This document shows positions 13,256 to 22,596 of a DNA stretch of 64,000 bases, piece by piece. This DNA is from Chara braunii. Taxonomy: Eukaryota > Plantae > Charophyceae. The notes beneath the pieces were generated by a model, which had not been told where the DNA came from, searched no databases, and was given only the letters and a program-made list of their open reading frames with translations. The translations under genes and the position numbers were made by a program. Numbering within the stretch: the stretch's first letter is position 1; each line of letters starts with the position of its first letter. The DNA lies in contig BFEA01000013.1 in the NCBI GenBank assembly GCA_003427395.1, positions 2,867,584-2,931,583 of the forward strand. The letters run 5' to 3'.

Positions 13256-13964
13256 CTCACCAATGCCGCCGCAGGGAGTACCTGGAGGGAGATAGAGAGA
13301 AGACCAGATGGGGCAACAACACAGGTGGGGAGGGGTGGGATAAATCGCCCAGATAAGGAGCCACTAATCAAAAAAGAAAAGTTTGAACTTTGCAAAAAAA
13401 TACTCGTTTGCAAGTTCAGTAGGCCTCCGAAGTCCCCTGAAGTGCGAAATTATCGATGAGAAAAATTTTGAACTTTCAGACCGCAAATGATTTTCTGATA
13501 AAAGAATTCCGAAAATGAAGTACAATTTTTTTTTTTTTTTGGAATTACACAGATGAGAGTGCGCGCAGTTGGAGAATGATAACTGCAAAAAGGATTCCCG
13601 CACCGTTTTTCAAAAAACGGATTTCGGAATGAAAATATTCCGGATTTTCCAAATAATGGGAAATTGCAAAAGGAAATCGAAATTTTCGAAAAAGAAGATA
13701 TTCCGGATTTTCAACAACGAAATTTTGAATTTTCAGAAGAAAAATGAAATCGGAAATTTCAGATGTTGCGTTATTGCGATTTTCCACAACAGAAATAGTG
13801 AGAAAACAAAATCCACGAAAAGAAAAAAAATTCGATTTCCGGCAGTGAGGTCAAAATCATGATTTTGGGGGCTAACTAGTGTGCTCTAATCAATCAATCA
13901 AGACTAATCAGCTACTCAGTCCCCGCACACGTGTCAGATCAGGTTGTCCTGATTCACGTGCGGT

Positions 13965-13976
13965 GGTCCGATACCA
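13965..13976 (-). promoter_or_regulatory. Primer-binding site of element B (tRNA-iMet-like)
   Basis: TGGTATCGGACC on the minus strand, 2 nt after the 5' LTR end (..TGTAACA gt TGG). Confidence 0.85.
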
Positions 13977-13978
13977 AC

Positions 13979-15286
13979 TGTTACATGCCCAGATGGGCGA
14001 TGTACATAATAACCGAGGATCCGCAATGTGATTAAAAGGACTGAATGGACACTGCAATGCAAGTGGAATCTCAACAAGCAATGTGCATTTCAATACATAC
14101 AGAATGGTGCTTGATAGCGCAGGGAAGACTTAGATACAAATCCTGACCTGACCGGGACTGACCTCTATCACGTAGTGCAAGATAGCGCAGCAGAATACTA
14201 GAATACTAATGACTAGCCCAATCAATGGTGCAAAGGAGACCAATTATACATCATTCTCACCAAACGGTGTGAAGGGCCTGGCGCTATACACAGGAAGAGG
14301 GCGCCAGGTCCAGACATGCACAGACGAAGAGGAGGGGATCAGCAAAGAGGAGGGGAGAGATGGGAAAGTCGTCAACACCAAGTCACGTTACAAGTCCCAC
14401 ATAATCCCTCGTCAAAATGTCTGAAGTCCAATGTCGAGTCTGGATCCGAAATGTCACCAAGCTCTCGCTCTCTCTCTCTCATAGTCTGTTGATGCAGTGA
14501 AGTCAACGAGAGGGTGAGAGGGAGGTGGTGGACTGAGAAGAGGCAGAAGAAGAACCCTCTCTCTCTCTCTCTTGTATGCCAGGTACTAACCTGTGAAGAT
14601 GGCGCTGTGCTGCAGGTACCTTGAAGATGAAGCTGGAGCAACGGCACTGCAGGTAAGTGTCCCTGGCCTCCGCCCAATCTCTCTCTCTCTAGTGCTATCC
14701 TAGCTGTGGCGCCCATCGCTGAAGAGTACAGCTACGCTACTAGCGCCCAGCGTTGAAGACTAATGCTAACGCTACTACTACTCCTGCAGCGCTCCTCCAG
14801 AGTGCTGCTGCCGAATCCTGAAGACTACTGACTGCCTCCTGCCTACCCGTGAAGTGCATGGGAAGTCCCTATGTACTATCTCGGCCTGNCTCCTGACTGC
14901 CTCCNACTGCCNGCAGTTGCAGGGCGNGCAGTCCAGGAGGCTGCTCTTGCCAATGCCGCACTGAGCCAGGGGCTGGCGCTGCAGCTGTCGTGGGAACAGG
15001 CCAAAAATAGCCTGTTCCTAAAACCCTGCTTTGGTGCCCGAGTTTCGGGGCAGGTCGGTCTGATGAGGGCCCGAAAATGGCCCTCAGTTTCAGGCTAAAA
15101 AGGCTCATGCCGTTTTTAGTCTGAAACGACACAGGGCCTGTAGGCCCCTGTTTCCAGCTTTTCGAGCTGAACAGACACGGGGCCTGTAGGCCCTAAATTT
15201 CAGGCTTTCGGCCTGAAATTCAGGCTTTTAGCCTGAAGGACGCAGGGCCTGGAAAATGGCCCTCATGTGCAGGCGCAGCATGTAAC
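13979..15286 (-). repeat. 5' LTR of element B
   Basis: Homologous to 6270-7710 and followed by the PBS. Confidence 0.92.
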
Positions 15287-15894
15287 TACTCTAGCTCCTA
15301 CGAGTGCCCAGCGCTGAAGACTACTGCTAACACTACTACTACAACTGCAGCGCTCCTCCAGAGTGCTGCTGCCGACTCCTGAAGACTACCTCCTGCCTCC
15401 TGAACTGCACGTGAAGTGCCTGGGAGGTGCCTATGAACTACCTGCAGCCTGCAGGGCGGGCCAGTTCTATATAGTGCTGGCCCGTCCAGGAGGCTGCTCT
15501 TGCCAATGCCGAAACGCGCCAGACCCTGGCGTTGAAGCTCAACCAAGGGTTGTCTTGAAAACAGGCCCAAATTGGCCTGTGCTAAAACCCTGGTCAGGTG
15601 CCTGAGTCTCAGGGCAGGTCGATCTCATGAGGGCCTGAAAATGGCCCTCCGTTTCAGGCCGAAAAGACTCAGGGCCGGAAAGGCCCTGTTTTAGCCTGAA
15701 ACGACACAGGGCCTGTAGGCCCTTGTTTTCAGGCTTTCAGGCTGAAACGACACAGGGCCTGTAGGCCCTTGTTTTCAGGCTTTCAGGCTGAAACGACACA
15801 GGGCCTGTAGGCCCTTGATTTCAGGCTTTCGGGCTGAAAACGACACAGGCCTGAAAATGGCCCGTGCAGCCTGTTGCAGGCGCAGCGTGTAACA

Positions 15895-16215
15895 CAACAT
15901 GACATCCTTGGATGACGGTGCAAAAATTTGAAGCATCTCCACCTCGCACCATCATTGGATGACAGTGCAGAAATTTGAAGTGGTCCAGAAGTTTGAAATT
16001 GGGGAGTGAACCTTGCCACCTGCCATGGTTAGGTTCGATCCCCGTTGTTTTGTGGGAACAAACATCCTATTGTTGGGCCGTGGACAAGCTGCCACCGGTA
16101 GAGCATAACACATTTTTTCCAAGGAGGATCCCAAATTTCGATTTGCCTCTGGCGTGGCTCTTTTTTTTTCTAGGAAAACAATAATTTTTCTCCAGGGGGC
16201 CCCAGGGTGGAGACT
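15895..16215. repeat. Dispersed non-coding repeat family; other copies at ~24490-24795 and, inverted and partial, ~27980-28035 (matching 24328-24380)
   Basis: caacatgacatccttgg.tgacggtgc.aaaatttgaagcatctccacctcgcacc...agggtggagact is shared with 24495-24795. Confidence 0.75.
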
Positions 16216-16302
16216 TTCCATTTCCTGGGCCTACAACTTTTGGAGTCTACAATTGGACCGCAGCTGGAAAATATGTATGAAGAGAGGGGGGGGGGGGGGG
16301 TC

Positions 16303-16580
16303 TTATGGGTTGTCCTGGGTCTGTGGGTGGGATGACCCAGGCCTAGCGCTGTCTCTTATACACATCTAGATGTGTATAAGAGACAGGGCCTAGCCTGTCA
16401 CCAACCCATTTGGGTGACCCAGGCCTAACATTGACCCGCTCGTCACCCACCCAGGCTGGCTCGCCTAGACCCACCCTCACCCCACCCATGTAAGCTTATC
16501 AAGACCCACACCTGACCAAATGCCTCGTGGGTGGGGTGGGTGTGGGTGGGTGTGGGTCTGGGTACCTGTTGCTCATCTCT
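16303..16580. mobile_element. MITE-like or non-autonomous DNA transposon end; second copy at ~49935-50147
   Basis: Both copies share ACCC/GGGT-rich subterminal repeats and end in gggtacc.gttgctcatct.t. Confidence 0.55.
16349..16386. other. Nextera mate-pair junction adapter (assembly artefact)
   Basis: Exact CTGTCTCTTATACACATCT+AGATGTGTATAAGAGACAG, i.e. two Tn5 mosaic ends back to back. Absent from the homologous repeat copy near 49960. Confidence 0.98.
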
Positions 16581-16666
16581 GTTGTGAGTGGAGCAGGACC
16601 ATCCAGGTTGTTGGACTTATAATTGGGTTAGTGATCACTCTCACGATGTTTCTCTTCTGCCTGCAG

Positions 16667-19600
16667 GTGTTGGGGAATGCTAATGCTCTTTCACAGTCGG
16701 AAGATTGGTCAGCTCTGATTCAAGATGCAAAGGCCCGAAGTTGTTACATTCAAGCTCCTTATGTGCACGGACTGTTCACAGATTCACCGCCGCTGCTACC
16801 TGCTGGCAAGCCTGCACTTTCTCATCTGGGAGGACCTCCTGGTTTTGCAATTCCGGCCGCTTCAAAGCTTGAGAATCCGGATGCTGCACAGGATGTGACC
16901 TCCAGATCCATCCCGAAACGAGAGGGGACAGGCATTGCCCTGGAAATGGAGAGAGTTCTCCCTTCCTCGAAACGAGAGTGCATTGATGGAGGGTCTGGAA
17001 ACGGTGGACAGTGGGCTGGGCAGCTGCACACTGGGGCTGGTATGTGGGGTAATGGGCAGTTACCGTCATGTGGAAGGGGTTTTGCCCAGTTGTGTAGCCC
17101 CAGAGATGTGTGGATCAATCAGTCAGCTGAAGCTGGGGATAGTGGGGGAGTGTTGCGGATATCATTCCCAGCAGCACCGTACACTTTTAAGGCATTTGGG
17201 ATGAATGCTCCCAGTAAAGAAGGAATGAGGGGGCTAGAAAAATGGTCTGATGATGGTGATGGCGGTGGGGGAGACGGAGGAGGAAGAGCAGGTTCTATGG
17301 CAATGGTGGGTGGGCCACACACTGATGGAGACACTGAGGCAGTCAATGGTCCTTCCGAAACCTCGGACTCTCTGTGTGAAAGCAGCATTCATGATTTACA
17401 GCCCACTTCAGGAGGTGGCCCTATCACAGAAAGGGGGCGAGGCCAAGTTTCTGTTGGGGCATTACCTCCGGTATTCAAGGAAAATTTTCAAAACCCAGTA
17501 TCTGGTGAATGGCCTCAGGGAGCAACAGATGGTGTAAGACTTGCACAGTCTGGTGGTGAGAACTGGACTAAAGACAATAATTTAACGGTTGAGAGTGCAA
17601 CTGCACCGCCTTTGGTCAAACTGAATGCTCCTGGGATCACAGCTGCAAGTGTGGAATTGTCTGGATCTCTGGCAAAAACACCGGATTGGAAGGTCCACCA
17701 TTGTGAGATGACACCAACTGCTGATGTGCTATTCCTACCAGAGATGACGCTGAAGCAACCAATTCAGCCCTTGCCAAGCCAGGGGGTATCTTGCGGTTCA
17801 GGATCCTGCATTGCTGTTGACGATGAGAGAGGACCACTTAACCCATCTAGGAGTAGCTCTCCCAATAATCTAGTGGGCCATGTGATGGGGTTGTCACAGA
17901 GCCATAATTGTCCGGATGACAGCAATGGGGACATCAAATTGGGTAACGTTCGCTTTAGCCAGCGAGCTGTGTCGAATCCAGCCTGGAAAGAGGACGTGCT
18001 GAGAATGGCAGCTCTGGATGGGTTCTCTGGTCAGGTTGAAGGCCGGAAGGAATCCTTCACGGGAAGTACCACGGAATCTGTCCAATTCCAGAGGACGGCA
18101 GCAACTGCAGGTCGACAGTGGGGACTAACTACAGCAGATCCCGTCATTAGTGATGACTTGAAACCAATGCCAGTTGCTTCTGCAGCGACTAAGCCGACTG
18201 AGCAGGCTCGCCAGGAACAGGCAGAGGCAGTTGAAACAGACCAGTTATTGTTCTCTCCTGGTGAACGGAAGAAGGAGAGCACGGAAGAGGAAAAATTACC
18301 TGGGGCTGTGCAGCAGTTGCTGCAAGAAACCAACAAGGAGTCTGCAAAGGGAGGAGAGCATTTGTTGGAGCATGGTGCAGGTGAAACGATAACAGGCCAA
18401 CACCAGCCGGGCAAAGAAGACGAGAAGGGAGTTGAGAGAGGTTTTACGTTTGATTTGAACTTGACTGCAGAAGAGAATATGAGGATGACTGATAATGAGG
18501 TGGAGAACTATGTGACGCAGAGGCAGACTGGTTCTGGTGGAAGTGCTCAACCTGAGGAGGTCTGTAAGACAGAACTGTTGCACTCGGACCTTTTGTCTCT
18601 TCAGCTAAATGGGGGAGCGGTCAGTCTCACGTCTGTGTCAAACCATAGTGATGGCAGAAGAGTGGCTCAGCTTGAACCAGAACAAGAAGGTGAAGGACAA
18701 CCTTGTGCCAATTCTCAAGAGGCATCCAGAAACACCCCGAGGAGAGAAGAGACACATCAGGGAATATGGGAGAGTACAGGAGGCAGGACTGAGCCAGATG
18801 CTCATGGCCTGTCTAGGAAACGGACTAGACAATCATTTCTTTCTGATGGGAAAGAGGATGACGTGGGGAGCCACTCTAAGATATTAAATGTGGGACCCAT
18901 TGCCACAAATGATATTGAAGGCCTGGTCATACAGGTATGCTCAAAGGACACTGCCTTGACAGATTGTACCTCTGAAGGTAGAGTGTACTCTGAATGTAGA
19001 GTCCATTTAGATGGTAGAGTTCGGGATGAACCAGATCCCTCTCAAGCTGAAGTTGACAGCAGACGGGGTGGGACAGCAGAAAACATATGGTCAGCATGTT
19101 TATCAGCTACAAGCAGCTGGGTGAGGGGACACAGAATTGGCATGGGAAGGGGAGAAAATGATGACCCTGAGGTAGATGACAAGTTAGACAAGGTTGTTCG
19201 GCAACCTCATGAAAGCAGGTGGGAGGATGGGATTCATGACTCTCATGGTCAGCACGCTGGGGAGACTGGACCGGAGGGTACTGAGATTCCTGGCATACGT
19301 GTTCGACCTCAGATACATTTTGCTAGGAATGATGGGATGTGCTTTGTGGAGCAGCAGGGTTCCCTGCCATCTCTTGATCGTAGAGCGAGAATTTCAGCGG
19401 GGCCTAGTCTCAGGCGTAATGCTCCAGTTCTGTCAGTCGCTGGATTGACAAGGTCCGAGAGGCACTGTTCAGCGAGTGCAGAATGTGTTGGAAGAGATGT
19501 TGGGTCAAGCCAGGGCAACAGCAGGGGAGCAGAAGTAGAAAATGAGTTGGAAGAACTGAAGGACGAAGATTGGAGGCATATTCGGATGGCACACTGCAAA

Positions 19601-20290
19601 ACCCCTGGACAACCGTTGCATGTCAGTCGCAACTTGGGATGGGACAAGGGATGTGGCATGGATCCGGAGTCGTCATCAAGCATTGTAGAGCAGAGGGAAC
19701 AGCAGGGACGAATCTGGAATGAATTTGTGGGAAGGGAGGCAAGGATTAGTCAGATTGCCTGTGGGGGGCCAGTAACATCTGCTCACTGGGGCAAAGAATG
19801 GGAGGGTGTAAAGTTAAGGGATATGTGGCATAGTAATTTGGGGTTGGTACATGGTGTACAACCCTTGGGGATTTGGAGGGAGAACTGGCCTGCTGCTGAA
19901 GGTTCTGCAGGATTACAGAGTTCTGAAGAGGGATCGAACTGTGGATTTCTAAGTTTGCAGGGAGGTCTGGATAAGGTCACCAATGTTGGTGATTGCAGGG
20001 TTCCAGAGCAAGGAGGAAATGCACGGCAAATTATAGTAACAGAACCGGAATCCCTTTCCACCACTGCTGTTAGGGTACTGGGAACAGTTTCTAGTCCGGC
20101 CTTGAGTGCTGGCTTGGGTCCACTTTCAGGGCCAGGACTGGGACCAGCTCCACAACCTCCAGGGATGGCGGGTCAAGGAATGTCTCGAGGTTGGGACTTG
20201 CAGTGGCCACCGATCCCAGGGCAACACATGCAAGAGCCTGAGACTGTGTGTGAAAGGTTTGGCAGGAATCTGGGACCTACTTCGAGTTGA
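16667..20290 (+). CDS. Large coding exon (probably terminal) of a host gene; ~1200 aa, largely disordered, with EAR-like FDLNL and NLS-like RKRTR; possible transcriptional regulator
   Basis: 3.6 kb without a stop codon and no transposon motifs. Pyrimidine tract and acceptor (tttctcttctgcctgcag|GTG) in phase 0 at 16667. The ORF-track start at 16520 lies inside a repeat. Confidence 0.75.
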   Translation: MLGNANALSQSEDWSALIQDAKARSCYIQAPYVHGLFTDSPPLLPAGKPALSHLGGPPGFAIPAASKLENPDAAQDVTSRSIPKREGTGIALEMERVLPSSKRECIDGGSGNGGQWAGQLHTGAGMWGNGQLPSCGRGFAQLCSPRDVWINQSAEAGDSGGVLRISFPAAPYTFKAFGMNAPSKEGMRGLEKWSDDGDGGGGDGGGRAGSMAMVGGPHTDGDTEAVNGPSETSDSLCESSIHDLQPTSGGGPITERGRGQVSVGALPPVFKENFQNPVSGEWPQGATDGVRLAQSGGENWTKDNNLTVESATAPPLVKLNAPGITAASVELSGSLAKTPDWKVHHCEMTPTADVLFLPEMTLKQPIQPLPSQGVSCGSGSCIAVDDERGPLNPSRSSSPNNLVGHVMGLSQSHNCPDDSNGDIKLGNVRFSQRAVSNPAWKEDVLRMAALDGFSGQVEGRKESFTGSTTESVQFQRTAATAGRQWGLTTADPVISDDLKPMPVASAATKPTEQARQEQAEAVETDQLLFSPGERKKESTEEEKLPGAVQQLLQETNKESAKGGEHLLEHGAGETITGQHQPGKEDEKGVERGFTFDLNLTAEENMRMTDNEVENYVTQRQTGSGGSAQPEEVCKTELLHSDLLSLQLNGGAVSLTSVSNHSDGRRVAQLEPEQEGEGQPCANSQEASRNTPRREETHQGIWESTGGRTEPDAHGLSRKRTRQSFLSDGKEDDVGSHSKILNVGPIATNDIEGLVIQVCSKDTALTDCTSEGRVYSECRVHLDGRVRDEPDPSQAEVDSRRGGTAENIWSACLSATSSWVRGHRIGMGRGENDDPEVDDKLDKVVRQPHESRWEDGIHDSHGQHAGETGPEGTEIPGIRVRPQIHFARNDGMCFVEQQGSLPSLDRRARISAGPSLRRNAPVLSVAGLTRSERHCSASAECVGRDVGSSQGNSRGAEVENELEELKDEDWRHIRMAHCKTPGQPLHVSRNLGWDKGCGMDPESSSSIVEQREQQGRIWNEFVGREARISQIACGGPVTSAHWGKEWEGVKLRDMWHSNLGLVHGVQPLGIWRENWPAAEGSAGLQSSEEGSNCGFLSLQGGLDKVTNVGDCRVPEQGGNARQIIVTEPESLSTTAVRVLGTVSSPALSAGLGPLSGPGLGPAPQPPGMAGQGMSRGWDLQWPPIPGQHMQEPETVCERFGRNLGPTSS

Positions 20291-20964
20291 AGGGCGCATT
20301 TGTCACATTCATCACGGTCATCATTGACTCATAGGAGTTACCATAGTTGGATAATGGAGTCTGTTTGTCCATGCTGCGTTGCAGTTGGCAGCACATGCTG
20401 TGCAATCAACCATAATGGCTTCTGGTGATGCCACTCAACATGTATTGTAATTGGGAGGACGGTTGTGGGAATGCGTCTCGTAGAGTGGGCTAAAGCGTCT
20501 CTCTCTGGCACGAGTCCGCCTCTTCTTTCTTTCTTTTTCAGTCTTTTAACCAGCTACATCTCTGTTTCATGATCTTCGTGTGCCCTTCCTTATGTCCATA
20601 CCTCCCCTATGCCCTTCCCATGCCAATTCCCGTTTCCTCGTGCACCTATGTATCAATTACAGGTGTTGCTTAGGGCACAACTGACGAGTAGTTTTCACCG
20701 GTTTGTCTCATGCAGTCTACCGTCTGCCCAGAGTTGATTTCAATTTGTTATTCTATGTAAAAAATCTCAACGCATATCTCCTAGCATCAAAATATGAAAT
20801 GAATTTCTGAATTGCTCCCAGTTTACGCAGACTGCAGTGTCCATGGTGCTTCTGCTTGTTTTGTGGGTATGTATTGTGGGGACGTGGGAATCCATTACAA
20901 GAATGGTTACATCTAACAGAGACACAGAGAAAGAAAGGTGTGTGTGGGGTGGGGGGTGGAATAG

Positions 20965-21385
20965 GGGAGGCGGGTGGGTTGCATTTATTACAGATGTCTT
21001 GACTTCGTTGGCGACATCTCATGCTGCAAACGGAGACACAGTGATGCACAGGAATGTGTTTACTAGTACCTCAAATGTGCTGCTGGGGGGGGGGATGGGG
21101 GGAGGCAGGTGGGTTGCATTTGTTACAGATGTCTTGACTTGGGCGACATCTCATGCTGCAAACGGAGACACAGTGATGCACAGGAATGTGTTTTCTAGTA
21201 CCTCAAATGTGCTGGTGATCTTGCCCTGTTCATTGAAATGTGTTATGGGGGGGGGAATGGGGGGAGGCGGGTAGGTTGCATTTGTTACAGATGTCTTGAC
21301 TTGGTTGGCGACGTCCCATGCTGCAAACGGAGACACAGTGATGCACAGGAATGTGTTTACTAGTACCTGAAATGTGCTGCTGATC
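20965..21385. repeat. Three tandem copies of a ~120-bp unit separated by G-rich spacers
   Basis: ggttgcattt.ttacagatgtcttgactt...gctgcaaacggagacacagtgatgcacaggaatgtgttt.ctagtacct.aaatgtgctg occurs three times. Confidence 0.9.
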
Positions 21386-21394
21386 TTGGTTGGC

Positions 21395-21683
21395 GCCAGA
21401 TTTGAAGATAAGATTTGCGAAGGGTTTGTCTGACCATCAGGTCCTCATGTAGGTAGTCCTGTTGCATTGCCTTCCAGGCGTCATGGGTTCGGGTTCTAAT
21501 CTCATCTTCTATCGCTTCTTGTGCTTGTTGGAGTCCAAACTGGTGGTCTTTCCTTTCGAAAGAACACCTAGCTCTCCAGGCCAGCATCAACACCTGCAGC
21601 CTCATGTAGGCAAAGAGATTGGTGGCAAAAGCCGTCCATCGCTTCGTCAGGTGCTGGTTTTTGTTGAGCAGGAGGAGACCCAG
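21395..21683 (-). repeat. 289-bp near-identical duplicate of L1 ORF2 3' segment 28813-29101
   Basis: Same translation MRLQVLMLAWRARCSF..; about three mismatches seen by eye. Confidence 0.9.
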
Positions 21684-22434
21684 GTCCTATGATAATCGCG
21701 TTTTCTCTCCATGACTGTGCCAATATTGCTTTCTTTATGCTCTCTACCTCACTGCACTTGTGTTCTGATGCTTTTTGGTTCTGAAGGCTTAAGCAGCTTG
21801 CAGAACAAACTGGTGGCAGAGATGCTTGTCCTGGGTTGTGGGTAATCTCCTCTTGTGCTGGCTAGGGTCTGGTGCAAATTTATGCAGAGTTTTGCGTGGA
21901 TGGGTGCATGGTAACCAGAACAGATAAATGGGAATGAAGGTTAACAGGGTTTACAATCTAAATTGATAATGGGAACCCTGGTAGTTAAAGGACACAAACA
22001 GGAGGGCGCAAACAAAAAAGAACGTAAAAGAATTGGGGTTACTGCGGTGACACAGAAGGGTGAAAAGCAGGGAAGTGAATGGCAGACCGGTTAGGTGAGG
22101 TGATGGGTCTGCAGACCGGTAAACCAGAATGGGACATGCATTGATGTACCTGATAACTGCATCCTGAATGGGAGCTGACTTCCGACCAGGAGATTGAGAC
22201 TTATTTCTTAGAAAAATAAAGGATGGAGAGGATAAGTACGGGAAGCTAGTCTTTTTAACGTCTTTTGTCCTGCCTCCTCCCTCTGCCACAAGTCTAGTTC
22301 TTAATCTTATACTATCTATATGATTGTTCTCAGCAGCAGTCTGTGTTAGTGCCCATTGTGGCCTTCCGGTCGTGGATCTGGCGGCTGAGATTCGTCCTCC
22401 AACACTTGAGATTTATAATGCGGCACCTTGCGGC

Positions 22435-22596
22435 CAAAAAATATGTATATTATATATTATATTTGAAATAAATTAGGACTTGGAACAAGTCCTAACACAG
22501 AAGCTGTAAATAGACTCGAACAAGCAAAAAATCTGACATGACTCTGATCATGCGACATATAACCATGGCTATAGGACATAACTAATACTGCTACAA
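22435..22596 (-). pseudogene. ndhF: Nuclear plastid DNA (NUPT) fragment of ndhF
   Basis: [49 protein letters not shown] matches the NdhF motif YMSHDQ.Y.RFFAY.S.FT.SMLGLV.S.NL.QIYIFW. AT-rich codon usage. Confidence 0.85.

Larger units (their letters stand above)
6270..15286 (-). mobile_element. Ty3/gypsy chromovirus-type LTR retrotransposon B, structurally complete but mutationally inactivated
   Basis: Two homologous LTRs (6270-7710, 13979-15286) with TGTTACA/TGTAAC(A) ends, PBS, PPT, and gag-PR-RT-RH-IN-chromodomain order. Probable TSD ACTAC at 6265-6269 and 15285-15289, with 3 nt lost at the right junction. Confidence 0.93.
1367..15894 (-). mobile_element. Ty3/gypsy LTR retrotransposon A, 3'-truncated within RT; its 5' LTR (5566-6269 plus ~15290-15894) is split by nested element B
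   Basis: Gag, protease ([11 protein letters not shown]) and RT ([45 protein letters not shown]) at 1367-4655. PBS at 5552-5563. LTR termini TGTTA.. at 5566 and ..TGTAACA at 15894. Similarity to element B stops abruptly near 1367. Confidence 0.85.

Noticed and set aside
15055-15090. CTGATGA-gggccc-GAAA in the LTR
   Set aside because: No stems I or III; other LTR copies read CCGATGA or TCATGA. It is part of a gagggcc..ggccctc hairpin.
16349-16386. Tn5/IS50 ends as a real bacterial transposon or horizontal transfer
   Set aside because: It is the synthetic mosaic-end junction adapter; no transposase is present.
16520-16666. N-terminal 49 codons of the 1256-aa ORF
   Set aside because: The start lies in a MITE-like repeat upstream of a clear splice acceptor, so this stretch is likely intronic.
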